Positions 36,801-50,170 of a DNA stretch of 64,000 nt are shown piece after piece (positions within the stretch are counted from its first letter, which is position 1; every line of letters begins with the position of its first letter). This DNA is from Callorhinchus milii. Taxonomy: Eukaryota. Below the pieces are notes generated by a model that worked only from the letters and a program-made list of their open reading frames with translations, was not told where the DNA came from and ran no database searches. The stretch spans positions 68,636,001 through 68,700,000 of the forward strand of contig NW_024704742.1 of the NCBI RefSeq assembly GCF_018977255.1, given 5' to 3'. The position numbers were made by a program, and so were the translations under genes.

Positions 36801-38405
36801 AGAGCAATCCTTCACTCTCATTTACCTGCACTTTTCTCCTACTCCTGAGCTCTTTTTAAGGAACTTGTCTAGTTTCCTCTCAAAGACCAATATGGATTCT
36901 ACCTTAAACAGCTCATGAAACGGAAACATTATTGCGCAGAAATAGGTCGAGCCACAGGAGCCTGTTCTAAAGTGTTGAAAGAATGAAAGAAAATGCAGCA
37001 GATTGCTGTCTGCTCAGCCTTCCCTGGAGAGCAAGAAGAATATTTCTTCAGATAAGAAAGTCTCCCTTTCTCTCATGCATAACCACATGAAAGCCTTTTC
37101 TATTTATTACTTGGGCACTGTTGTATAATGGCATGACAAGTTTTTCTTTGTTCCCACACGCATAGGAACAAGAAACAGGAGTAAGCTATTCAGCCCCTCG
37201 AACCTGTTCCACCATGCTATAAGATCATGGCTGATCTGTACCTCAAATCCAATTACCCGCCCTTGCCCCATATTCCTTAATACCCTGACCTAACAAATAT
37301 CTATCCACCTCAGTCTTGAAGATGTGGATTCAGCATCCACAGCCTTTTGGGGGAGAGAGTTCCAGATTCCCACTACCCTTTGGGTGAAAAACTGCCTCCT
37401 GATTTCACTCCTCAATGGCCGAGCTCTAATTTAGGCGTAGAGATTATTTAGAGCTCATAACCTCTAAAAGTTATTCCCCTTGTTCCGGATTCTCCCACCA
37501 GAGGAAATAGTTTCTCTGTATCATACACACACACAATGCAAAGAATGCAGATGTTTCACATGTAAACAATTTTTTTTCCTTTATTTCCGGAGTTTTCTGA
37601 AGTGCCCATGGATTTTGTGTGGCTATTGTTCATTCTGATTGCACAGTGCCTGTGGGAAAGTGCGTTGCTATTGTGTGGTTTATTTCACCAGCTGCATTGA
37701 TTCGCATAATTCCCTTTACTGTGTGTCACAGAGGAACACCAATGGACTTGCATCTTCTTACTGTTATTAATCTCCATATGCTGCTTTGTGACTACTGAAA
37801 TCTGAAGCTCCCCCTTGGAGTTCAGGGCTAATTGATACCAATAATGGGAATTAAGAAAAACTGGATAGTGGATTAAATCAACAGAAAGGCATTCTTTTAG
37901 CATTATAGCTAGGTTAGAAAATAAATCAGGAAACATTTCTTCATTGTGAGAATGTGGAACCCACCAGCAACAACAACAACAACTTGTATTTGTGTAGTGT
38001 CAATCATAGGGTTAGCGTCTCAGAGCACTTAACAGCGGTGGAGCCTGACTCCAAACCGGGGAGATGGGGGAGATAACCATAAGCATAGTTGAAGAGGATG
38101 GTCATCAGCTGCGATCTGAAGATAGACAAAGAGGGCAAAGGCGGAGGGATTGAGGCAGAGAGTTCCAGAGTTTCGGGGTGTAGTGACTAAAAGCACAGCC
38201 ACTGATGGTAGAGCGGAGGGGTTGAGGGATGCGTAGAAGGCTGCTACCAGCTGAGTGCAGGCAGCCAGTAGTGGAGTGGGGTGTAAGCAAATCAGAGAGT
38301 TATGGAGGCGCTAGAGCATGGATTGATTTGTAAGTACGTGTGAAGACAGCACACAGAAGACTGTAGAGGCAGGATCCATTGGGAAGTTTAACAGGGAGAT
38401 ACATA

Positions 38406-38633
38406 CAGTGGAGTCCCATTGTAAGCGCATTGGGGTTTCACAGAATCCCAACCTGTATTATAATGGGCCACAACAGCCAGTCAGTGCTTCTGCATTCACA
38501 GCGTAGGTACATAACCAGTAGGTGCATAGGGTGAGAAGTGAGCAGGCCAGCCTCATACAAGCACAGTGAATGGGGCCCACACTCCACGCTATAAAATAAC
38601 CCACATTATATTGAAGCGCATTACAATGGGGGT
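38406..38633. mobile_element. Tc1/mariner (Tigger/pogo-like) MITE relic
   Basis: The left end TA|CAGTGGAGTCCCATTGTAAGCGC pairs with GCGCATTACAATGGGGG near the right end. A TA-CAGT start is typical of this superfamily. Partial second copy at 45579-45655. Confidence 0.6.
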
Positions 38634-39159
38634 ATTAATTAAGAAGGAATGGGGAGTAAAAGCATTGGATTAGATCCATTCAAACCCATAATGTCTGTGG
38701 GTCTTTTAATTAGATTAGATTGGCTCACATGAAAATAAATTATAAGTGCAGATTTGATAGTCCGAATGCTTTGTTGCTTTGCTGTGACACTATGGGGGAA
38801 AATTGTGACATGCAGTGTAATAAACAGTAATAATTATCACATGGAAACCTTAGTTTGGTTTGGATATTCTTGAGTACAGTGATTTTACAGGGTTTTTGCA
38901 TGTATCAGACACACAGCCGAACAAAAAATAAATCACATCGACCAAAAAAGGGACTCAAAGAAGTCAAGTTAACAATGGTCTCGGAAGTGAATCCCACCCG
39001 CTCCCTCGAGGAGAGAAAACTACTAACAGTTATTGACTATATTTTGGTAGATGTGATAGCTATACTGGTGAAAATATCAGGTGTCTTATTTTCCTCCACT
39101 CTGATGCTGCAGCGCTTTTCTTTATAATCTTTTGCTTTATTGATGTTCAATTCTCCCAG

Positions 39160-39360
39160 AGAATCACATCCTGGAGGACGTGAACAAGTGTGTAATCGCG
39201 CTGCAGGAGGGGGACGTGGACACCTTGGATCGCACCGCCGGAGCCATCCGAGGCCGTGCCGCCCGAGTCATTCACATCATCAGCGCCGAAATGGAGAATT
39301 ACGAGCCTGGAGTGTACACCGAGAAAGTGATGGAATCCACAAAGCTCCTCTCAGAGACTG
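39160..39360 (+). CDS. CTNNA2: Alpha-N-catenin internal coding exon (201 bp, phase 1/1), (E)NHILEDVNKCVIALQEGDVDTLDRTAGAIRGRAARVIHIISAEMENYEPGVYTEKVMESTKLLSET
   Basis: Acceptor ttctcccag ending at 39159 and donor gtatgg at 39361. The split codon G|AG gives Glu. Overlaps ORF 39180..39389. Confidence 0.96.
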
Positions 39361-40030
39361 GTATGGATACTTACTCAAAACCTGCCTGAGTTATTATATT
39401 ATTATAAGTGCTATTAAAGAAGTTATTATATTATTATTATAAGTGCTATTAATGAAGAGGGAAGAGTATAATAATAAAAAGCACTTATAATAATAGAATA
39501 ATAATAATCCTTGCATTTGATATAGCACCTCATCACATCGTTGAGATGTCTCAAAGCGCTTCACAGGGTATATTGTAAAGTCTATTGACTGTGTGTTTGG
39601 TGGCAGCCAATTGCACACAGCAGTGTCCACAAACAGTCATGGAATGAGTGACCAAATGTGTTTTTTTTTGGACGGGTGTGTGTGGGGGAGGGGGGGCTTA
39701 TTACCCCGGGAAACCAATTCGCTAATCAATTAACAACTGGGTCAAATGCGGCACCCACTCTGTACACAGCAATGAAATTAATGACCAATTTTACATACAG
39801 CATTCTGGCCAGGACACCCTTCTTTTTCAAATAGTTCCATGGGAATCTTTAACATCCACGTGAATAAGCAGATGGGACCGTGGTTTAATGTTCAATCCGA
39901 AGGACTGCACCTTTGACAATGTGGTGCTCATCCAGCACTGTACTGGAGTATTTAAAGCCTTGATCAGCAACTTGAAACCACAGCCTTCTGTCTCATGAAT
40001 GAGCCAGGCTGAGTGTAAATTACTCTTTAT

Positions 40031-40408
40031 AGGAGTCCTGTAGCTTTGTGGTTAGAGAATTTGCCTCGCAAGCGAGAGGTCCCAGGTTCGATTCCCGGGC
40101 AGGGTGAAACGATGGGCAAGTTTCCTTACTCCTCATGCCTCTGTTTACCTAGCAATAAGTAGGAACCCGGTTGTTAGTCGATTGGAAGATTGCTTTTCCA
40201 GGAGTAATAATTCTTTCAAAATAACTAAAAAAAATTAGTCACTCAATCCATGACTGTTTGTGGGACACCACTGTGAGTAATTGGCTGCCACGTTTCGCGC
40301 ACAAAATATACTGTCAATACACTTTACAATATATTCTGTGAAGCCCTTTGAGACGTCTCGAAGACGTGATAAGGCGCTTTATAAAATGCAAGGAGTATTA
40401 TTGTTATT
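40031..40408 (+). mobile_element. tRNA-Ala-derived SINE, old long subfamily, full length
   Basis: Head with ggttcgattcc B box and the segment ctctgtttacctagcaataagtaggaacccgg. Further copies at about 41045-41375(+), 42670-43032(-), 46955-47262(+), 54005-54356(+), 55038-55413(-), 55470-55820(+), 56760-57040(-), 58720-59072(-), 60380-60705(-) and 61646-61985(-). Confidence 0.88.
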
Positions 40409-41394
40409 ACATACCTGAACCTGAAATGTAACAAACAAACAAACAGATTCCATTTATGTAGCGCCTTTCACGTCAGGAGTGTGTCCCAAGTGTTGGACAG
40501 TTGTGCGTTTGCATTTGGTGGAGCTGGGTGGTTTTGTGATAGGGAGGGGTTGGGGTGGATCCCTGCGGAATTACTCGTCATATTCACTCGGTGTCTTCAA
40601 GATCACTGATTGCAATCCTCTTCTAGCCTTCGAGGGGGTGGGGGAGTCTTACTTTGTAAATGCCCATGCTGCTGCTTTATAATATCTTGTAAAAGTCAAG
40701 CTTGTTTTTTTACCCCAAAATCTTACTTACCAGTGAAGAAATCCTCCCTTCCAAGTTTAATTCCATCAAAAAGCAGGCTAGCCGAGAATGGATTAAACTC
40801 CTCAACCATAGCAGGTAAGTCTGAGTGACAGACCGCCCGAGCCCCTGAGGACCGGCTCGTCAGGTGCACAATTACTTGAGTTACCAAAGCATTGCGGCAA
40901 AGTTGGGGAAGAAAAAACAGATTGAAATTCACTGAAGCTCTGGAAAACAACATCAGTTTTTTTTTAAAGATTTTTATAATTAATTCAACATAACATACGA
41001 CAGAGAAAGTTGTTTGTTGGAAGAAGAGAGTGTGTCGGGGTACTTCGAAATCCTGTAGAGTATTGGTTAGAGAACTAGCCTCGCAAGCGAGAGGACCCAG
41101 GTTTGATTCCCAGGCTGGTTGAAACCTTACTTCACATGCCTCTGTTTACCTAGCAGTAAGTAGGAACCCGGTTGTCAGTCAATTGGCAGATTACTTACCA
41201 GGATAATAATCCCTTCCAAAAAAAGATATAATTTGGTCACTCAGTCGATGACTCTTTGTGGGGGCATTGCTGTGCGCCGTGTTTTGCCCACAAAATATAC
41301 AATAAATTCACTTTATAGTATATCCTGCGAAGCACTTTGAGCCGTCTCAACAACGTGATATGGCGCAATATCAAATTTACTTTCCTGCCTTTTG

Positions 41395-41797
41395 TCTACC
41401 TGGGTCAGTTGATAGTAGCCTCACCTCTGGGTCAGAAGGTTGTGGGTTCAAGCACAAAGTCCAGGCTAACATTTCGATGCATTGCTGGGGGTGTCCTGTA
41501 TTGTTGAAGGTGCCATTCTTCAGTTGAGACATTAAACCAAGGATCTGTTTCTCTGTTCTGCTGGTCATTAAAGATCCCATTGCACCATTTGAAAAGAGAA
41601 GGGAATTTCTCCTGGTGTCCTGGCCAACAATACCCCAGATAAAGATTGATCATTCACTTTATTGGCTGTTTGTGGGATGTTGCTATGTACAAAATGGCTG
41701 CTGGGTTAGCCTACAAAATAATCTAGTAGTAAATCCTGTTAAGTACTTTGAGATGATGTTCCAACATGAAAGTGGCTATAACCAATGCAATTATTAG
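41395..41797 (+). mobile_element. Old Deu-type SINE, near full length
   Basis: tRNA-like head, core gttgagacattaaaccaagg..aaagatcccattgca, then gctgtttgtgggatgttgctatg and an L2-like tail. Confidence 0.72.
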
Positions 41798-43379
41798 TAA
41801 TATTATTAATTATATTTGTTTGGCTTCTCAAGCTTTTTCAAGGATATTACTTGACTAATCTACTGCTCGTATTGGCAACTCATTCTACATCTCCAGTGCT
41901 CTGGGGAAAATGTTTCCAATACTTCTAGGATTGCTGGAGAGTTGTCATTTTAAATCTGTAGATCTGGGATTGCTTGAATCTAAACTGAGGCTTAAAAATG
42001 TTTCCCAACCACAAAACTGGCAGACTGCCTCAACAGCTACTTAAAATTTAAAAATCTGGGTGAAAATTTACAGTTGTTTTTCAATGTTAAATAAAGCAGA
42101 TCTGTCAGATAGCTGATTAGGAAATTCTGAGGCTTAGGATGACAGATGCTGGAAGCTGTTACCTGGAGTCTGGGTTTGTGAAAATTGGTCATTCACTTCA
42201 TGGCTGTTCATATATCCAGGGCTTGGAATATTCCTAGATTAGTTTGCAGAGACTTAAGCAGCTGCTACTCAATCTCTATGACTCCAATTGATAGAACCAT
42301 CGCTCAGTGGATAGAGACATGTTTCCAAACTGTGGGCCAAAAGATGGTAGCAGTTCATATTGAGCTATGCTGCTCACGGGGAATCTCACAAGGGGTTTCT
42401 GTTACCTAATATGCTACAATGGGACTTGGAACTCATATGCTCCTGCCTGATATTCCAACACAGTGTTCATTGGATTTGCTGCATTGTTGGAGGTGCTGTC
42501 CATTGGACAGCAATGTTAAACTGCCTGTTCATGTGGACGTTAAAGGTCCCTTTCGATAAAGAGAAGGAAACTTCTTCCGAGATCAAGGCAAACAATCGCA
42601 AAATAAAATCGTTCATTCACGTCATGGCTGTTTGTGTGCCTGCCACGTTCTCCCAACGTAATAGGCGCGATATAATAATAATCCTTGCATTTGGTCACAT
42701 AATTGAGACGTCTCAAATTGTGACGTCTCATATTTACAAAATATACTGTAAAGTGACTTAACTGTATATTTTGTGGGTGAAACGCGGGAGGCAATTGCAC
42801 ACAGCAGTGTCTCACAAACAGTTGTGGATTGGGTGACCAATTTTTTTTTAAGGGATTATTACCCCCAAAAAAGTGATCCGCTAATTGACTAACAGCTGCT
42901 ACTTACTGCAAGGTAAACAGAGGCGTGTGGACTAAGAAAACTTGCCTAACATTTTGTCCTTCCCGACAATTTGAACGCAGGTTCCTCTCGCTTGCGAGGC
43001 GAGTGCTCTAACCAATATGCTACAGAACTCCATATTGTCAGTTGTTAGGATTATTATATCCTCCTAGTGAGGGCTCAAACCTGTGCTTGTCACCTGTCAA
43101 ATGACCAACTTATAACAATCTTCTGGGGAGAAAGGGAAAGGGGATTTTTGTAGGGTCTCCCCTCTGAAATGCTATCCCACGCTACCCCTCCGAGAGCACT
43201 ATAAAACTGCAAATGGTTGTTTCCCTGAGGTTGAGCTGGCTCCAGGGTGACTTGCTTGGCAATAGAATGTCAAATCAACCCACTATTAGCATTCTCCAGT
43301 CTGGTTCATAAGACAGGTGGGTCCGCAGTATTCCAGTGCACTGCTGATGACAGCGCAACCAGCCTGGCTCATCTGTAGG

Positions 43380-43572
43380 ACTTGAAAGGCAGACCAGTCG
43401 CTGAGGGCAGGGACTCTTCACACTTGCCTCCTATTATTCCTGCAATCCAAAGCTGGTTAGATTCCAACAGTTATGCGCACTTTAGGAGCCTTGGCTCTCG
43501 CCGTCATGCGCCTGATACTCTCCGGAAGCAGGTAAATAGGGTGCTTCCCTCTAGGGAAAGAGTGCACGTTCC
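43380..43572 (-). repeat. Unclassified repeat family X, copy 5 (may extend leftwards)
   Basis: Reverse complement tggaacgtgcactctttccctagagg..taactgttggaatctaacc matches copies 3, 4 and 6. Confidence 0.7.
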
Positions 43573-44914
43573 ATAGAAACAGGAGTAGGACATTCATCCC
43601 CTTGAGCTTGTTCCTGCATTCTATAAGATCATGGCTGATATGTGCCTCAACTCCAATTAGCTGCCCTTGCCCCATATCCATATCCCTTGATACCCTAACC
43701 TAACAAATATTCCATTCCAGATACAAGTCATTTCTATTTGTAGGTTACATACATATGTGACATTCACAGCTGCCAAAAAAAGTAAAATCAACAAAGGTCT
43801 TTGTTGGTGAGGTGGGTGGCTAGGAAGTGAACAGGTTTTCTCCTCAGCTGCCTTCACCTAGTAAAAGGTGGAGCAAAGCTCGGACTATGGCTTAGCTGAT
43901 TTGATACGTAAATCAAGGCTACTCCACTGTACTCCAAGCCTAGCTTTTCAGTGTGACTTGCAGTGCTGTAGCCATGAGACTGGGATTGTGAATCTTCACA
44001 CCAATAGCCCTGCAAACCACAGCCTCCTAGCTTCTTCCACCCAGTATATTCTGCGGGCAGAGACAAATGTGTGTGTGTTCCTTCTCCATTTCAAGGAAGG
44101 TAATAGAGGCAAAAGCATTGGGGTTATTGAAACGCAATTAGATGGTCGATCAAAGGCTAATCTTAGCTGGGCTGAATCATCCACTTATCCTACGTCCTGA
44201 TAGCAGAGTGCAGTACTCTGTCATCGCAAGCGTGGTGTGTGTTTGGGTGCACTGCGATGCATCACGTTGTGACACAACATGGATGCCGTGGCACAAAGAC
44301 AAATGGTTGCTCATTGGTCCCATCTATTAGGCGAAGGTTTAGGACAAGGCTCTGGAGTCACACGTCTAGATAGCCTCCATACAACTGATAGCAACTGGCA
44401 GTCAGTTGTGATTGCAGGATAGAGCAGGTTGCATTTCCACAGGGAATTGTGTCTTTGTGCCTGTTGCCTGTGGCGATAGTTGCCTGTGGCGATCAAAGAT
44501 ACAATGCTCCTGCAGTCCTCTGGATTCTGTTATGTTTTGCCATTCAGATGTGAGGATGGATCTACAGAAAGAGTAGTGTATTATTCAGATGGTGACAGGT
44601 TCCATCTGTAAAATATCTGACAAGGCCTATAGTCTCTTTATTTCTACCAAACTTCTCTGTTGTGCCAGGATTCCAGTCATTTGCTGCCAAATTTCCTTTG
44701 TGCTTTCTACTAAGGCTGTGGTGATAAAATCCGATTACGGGTGTTTGGGAATTGAAGTCAGATCAGCACTATCAATTTACGGAGTGATTGTGGAGGGGGT
44801 GTAAGCAGGTCAGAGAATTAGGGAGGTTCTAGAGTATGAAGTAATTTATAAGTGTGAGGACAGCACAGAAGGCAGTAGACGCAAAATCGTTTGGGAAGTT
44901 TAAAAGGGAAATAA

Positions 44915-45565
44915 GAACAACAGCAACTTGTATTTATATCGTGCCTTCCACGCCGGACAGCGTCTCAGAGCGCTTTACAGTTTAGGATCCCGCGACCGAG
45001 CCAGGGGGAGGGGGAGGCGCGGTCGAAAAGGAAGATCTTCAGCAGAGACCTGAAAATGGGAAGGGAGGGGGCGAGACGAAGGGAGGGAGGAAGGCAGTTC
45101 CAGAGCCTCGGGGCATAGTGGCTGAAGGCACGGCCACCGAGGGTGGAGCGGAGGACTTGGGGGACGAGAAGGAGGCCAGACCCGGAGGAACGAAGGGAAC
45201 GGGTACTGTTTTGAGGAGAGAAGAGGTGCAAAGGAGTGCAGGGACTTGAATACAAGGGTGAGGGTCTTGAAATCGATCCTCTCTGGGATAGGCAGCCAGT
45301 GCAGTCTGGCAAGGACTGGGGTGATTGGGGAGCGGTGTTTCGTGCGGTGAGAATGCAGGCGGCAGAGTTTTGAATTATTTGGATTTTATGGATGGTAGTG
45401 GATAGGAGACCGAGGGCATTAGAATAGTCCAGCCAAGAGGTGACAAAGGCATGGAACAGGGTTTCAGGGGCTTTTGGGGAGAGGTATTAACGGAGATGGA
45501 CGATGCGTCGGAGGTGGAAGAAAGAGGTGCTGGTGAGGGACCGGTGGTGGGGGAGGAAGGATAAT
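44915..45565 (-). mobile_element. L2 3' fragment (second tail family)
   Basis: ORF 44965..45312 relic RSLRSSGSGLLLVP..GGRAFSHYAPRLWNCLP; tail aacaacagcaacttgtatttatatc. Confidence 0.85.
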
Positions 45566-48500
45566 TGGGGGATAAATACAGTGGAGCCCCATTGTATGAC
45601 CATTGGGGTTCACAGAATCTCAACCTGTATTATAATGGGCCACAACAGCCAGTCATATCTATTTATGTATGTGGTGATGGCTACCATTTACAAGATCAAA
45701 GCTCTTCTGTTTGACTCCTGTCACACCTTCTCACTCCTCCATATCAGCCTTAATGAATGCTCATTCCACCTCATGGAGCTTCAAAAGCCTAATTGATTTC
45801 ACCCCACTTTACCTCTGTGATTTCCTGAGACCTAAATGCCATCAGCTCAGCAAACACCGATCGGTATATAAATATATCAGTTTTGCGCTTTCAGGCACTA
45901 AACCTCGAAGTTTTGGAACTCTCCCACAATCCCTCCACCTTCCTCCCTTCTTCCCCTCTTCTAGATCACAATTGAAGACCTTCCTCTTTCACAGTCACCT
46001 CCTCCCAGCTTGGTGTCAGGCTCCGCCACTTTTCAGCACTCCAAGATGATGCCCCACGTGAAGGGCGATGTAGAAATGCAAGTTGTTGTTGTTGGATTAT
46101 AAAATAATGACTGGGCGCACAATTCTAGTTACAACACAAAAAGACATTAGCCCGCTTCAGGTTTCCTGCCTGCTCCATTCCACCATCAATGGGGAGCCTT
46201 CATCCATTCTGTTCCACTCTTCAATCATGCACCCCCCCACACATACTTCCTACCCCACCCCACTCAGCTACCCAGTCAGTTGGTAAAGCCCTTGGAGACA
46301 ATCTCCCAAAAGGTGCCTGTAGTAGGGCATGGGTCACACCCAGAAAACAAACCTACACCAAGGGCTTTAACAACAAAAAAAAAGGTTTATTTTGACAAGG
46401 AAGCTATTACTTTTTGGAGCCGGCTTCTCCACCCATTCCCCATCTCTCTCTGGCACTGGTTATATATTGGTGCTGATTCATTAACCTATTGCTGGTGTTC
46501 AATTAGCAGTTAGGGCCGGAACTTCAAACAACCCCAATTGGAGTCCAACCCTCGTCAGTTACATTGATTGAGGTCTTTTTTTAAACAATTAAAAAAAACA
46601 CTCCTTTACACATAAGTGGAGCACCTATATCCATAGAAAACAGGAACAGGGTTTATCCCCTATCACAGCACTGTATAAATACAAATTGTTGTCAATCCTC
46701 CTCAGATCACACAGAGAACTTGTATTTATCCCTGCACTGAGTATACTGGCACAGTTCCCAGGTGCTTGTACAGATTTGTTAACTGTGGTCCAAAGGTTCC
46801 CAGCCACATTTTCCTGAAGGACGGCCAATCACAACAGAATCTCACTTAGTTGCCATGGAGATTATAGTTTAACAATATTAAAGAAAATAATGACTGGCAA
46901 CACACTAATAGTTACAGCACATAGAGTCATTAGCATTGCAAAAAATTATATAATCTTCCCGGGCAAGGTGAAAACTTAGGCAAGTTTCATTACTCCACAC
47001 GACTCTGTTTACCTAGCAGAAGTAGGAACCTGGATATTAGTCGATTGGTGGATCGCTTTCTGAGGGTAATAATCGCCTCAAAAGATAAATAATGTGGACA
47101 CTCAATCCATGTCTGTTTGTGGGACATTGCTGTGTGCAATTGGCTGCCGCGTTTCGCCCACAAAATACAGTAAATTCACTTGACAGTACATTCTGTGAAG
47201 CGCTTTGAGACGTCTCAATGATGTGATAAGGCGCTATATTAAATACAAGCTTCATTATTATTTTGTACTCAACCTGCACTCTGACTTCCATCAGACTCTG
47301 ACCACCCACCACCCGGTCTCCCCGTGCCTGGTCCATAATAAAATGAAGTCAGAAGGAGCAGATGTATCTACTGCAGTGACAATAAAACCTTGGGATTGTT
47401 CTCGAGATCCCTGCAACCCAAATAATAGAAGCTGAATTGTAAAAAAAAGTTGAGAGTGGTTGCCTTTATAATTCCAGAGTATTTGCTGGCCTCTGCTAAG
47501 TGCTTTGGTGCCAGAGATCACAAAAGCAGAGGTCACAAAAATATTCTAATGCCCATGTAAATCTCTTCATGTCATAATAATAATCTTTACTGGAAAGTGT
47601 AGTGATTGTGTATTTTGTAGGCAAAAGCAGCAGCCAATTTGCACAAAGCAATGTCCCACAAACAATTACAAAGTGAATGAACATTTTTTTTATTTAGGGG
47701 TTTGTTGATCTTTAATATCCATCTGAACAGACAAACAGGACTTCTCAGCTAAAGGACGGGAGCTCCAACAATGCAGCACACCTCTCATGTCAGCCTAGAC
47801 TTTATATGTTAAAGTCCTTGCGTGTAGCAACTCTTACAGTTTTGCAGAGTTTAAGGATACAGATCACATAATAAATTGATCGCTCAAAACACAATTGTTT
47901 GTGGGACGCAATTGGCTGCCGCGTTTCGCCCATAAAATATACATTCAATTCACTTCATAGTATATTCTGTGAAGCGCTTTGGGACGTCCTCCCGACGTGA
48001 AAGGCGCTATATCAAATGCAAGGATTATTATTATTATTATTATTATTATTCTGTGAATCGCTTTGAGATGTCTCAAGGCGTGATAAGGACTATCATTATA
48101 AATAATTATTTTTTAATTTGGAGCATTTTCCGATGGTCCTTTTAAAATAATGGATTCAAAATTACAGCTTAATTTAAGAACTTGTTTTCAAAAATTCAAC
48201 ATGATTTTAAATTGCAAGTTGATGCTCTTGAGCCTGAGATTGCATGGAATTTTGAACTTCAGCTACTTCAACAAAGAAATGTATTTGGAAACTGTTTATT
48301 CCAATGAGACAGCAGTTGAATTTGGAACGCAAACTTCTTCGTTCCAAGGGCAGTCAAATAAAGAGTCCAGGAGTTAGCAATGAAGCAAAGGTTTCAAATA
48401 ATCACAAGCTTGCCGTAAGGGTCCTTCTGTCTGCATTATCCTCCTGAGTTTCGGAGTCTAATAAAGACCAAAGCATTGGAGAGGTATGTCAGTCATATTT

Positions 48501-49854
48501 CAATTTGATTTATGTGCATGGCAATGCACTGTGCCAAGAGCAGATGGGAATGCATTAAAATAATCTTTGCATTTGACATAGGGTCTTTCACATCGGGAGG
48601 ATGACTCAAAGTGCTTCACAGGCTTTGCTGTAAAATGTAGTGAGTGTGAATTTTGTAGACGTAGTTATAAAATAGTAATAGTCAGTTAATAAATATTTTT
48701 ACCCACAAAATATACAGTGAATCCACTTTACAATATATTCTGCAAAGGGCTTTGAGGTGACTCAATGACGTGATAAGGCACAAAGATTATTAATATATTA
48801 TTATATTACTATTATCAAATTCAAGGATATTTTAATACAGTCAGATATTGCAGCAGCCAAATTTATTCTCAATCCTGCAAAAGGAGAGCTGTGTAGTGCC
48901 TGCTCGGTGTTCCTTCAGATCAAATGAAAAATTATGCAGTTAATCCTCATTCAACGAGGGAGGGGATGGAACAGATTGTGACTAACAACTACAATTTAAA
49001 TAATAATCCTTGATTTTGATATCATGTAAAAACATCTCAATGCCTTTGCAGCGTTTTCTGTAAAGCACGGTGACTGGGTATTTGCAGGCGAATATGGCAG
49101 CCAATTTACACACAACTATGTCCGAGAAGAAACCAGCAGGTGAAAGACCAATTTAACTGGAGGATCGTTGGTCAGGACAGCAGGAGAAATTCACTTCTCT
49201 TTCTGAACAGTGTCATAGGGTCTTTATCATCCACCTGAACAAGCAGTTGGAAATTTGTTTCAACATCTCATAAAAGCATGGCACCTCCAACAATGTAGCG
49301 CTCCCCAGTATTGCACTGCAGTGTCAGCCTCAACCTCTATTCCTAACCAAGAGATGCACGAGATACAAGATATGACTTGCTGTGATGAGTTGAGCTTATC
49401 TCTGGCTCGAATCACCTATCAACAACAACAACAACAACAACAAAACATTTGTATAGTGCCTGTTACGTCGGGAGGACGTCCCAAGGCACTGGACAGACAG
49501 AGTTATGGACACGAGCTGGGGGTCGGGGTGGAAGGGTGGAGGGCAGAGGGGTGAAGCAGGGAGATCAAAATCACGGTCGAAGTACGATACAATCTATACA
49601 CTAGGTTGTATGGTTCAACCACAAATACATTCCAACAATAACGGTGCATGAGATGTGCTGTGTATGTGGCCACCCCAATCCATTTCTCTGCCATCTTCAT
49701 GTTGCAAAAAAAATTACCCACTTGCGCCATGAATATTTCCCTGGCAACCTTGATGCCCATGGTTTCGCAACAATCAAATTCAGTTTTACAATACTGTACA
49801 CATTAGATTTATATAGCGCCTTTCATGTCGGGAGGATATCCCAAGGCACTTAAG

Positions 49855-50170
49855 AATAATAATAATAATCCTTGCATTTGATATAGAACTTTTCACGTCT
49901 TCTAGATGTCTCAAAGTGCTTCACAGAATATGCTGTAAAGTGAATTGACTGTATATTTGTGGGTGAAACGTGACAGCCAATTGCGCACAGCAATGTCCCA
50001 CAAATAGTCGTGGATTGAAAATGACCAATTTATTATTGTTTTGTTTTGGAGGGATTATTATTAGGTGTGTGGAGTAAGGAAACTTGCCCAAGGTTTCGCC
50101 CTCTGCCTGGAATTGAACCCAGGTGTCTCGCTTGCAAAGCGAGTGCTCTAACGACTGAGCTACAGGACTT
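49855..50170 (-). mobile_element. tRNA-Ala-derived SINE, short subfamily with intermediate tail
   Basis: Very similar to 1016-1334; the tail reads gagacatctagaagacgtgaaaag on the minus strand. Confidence 0.9.
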
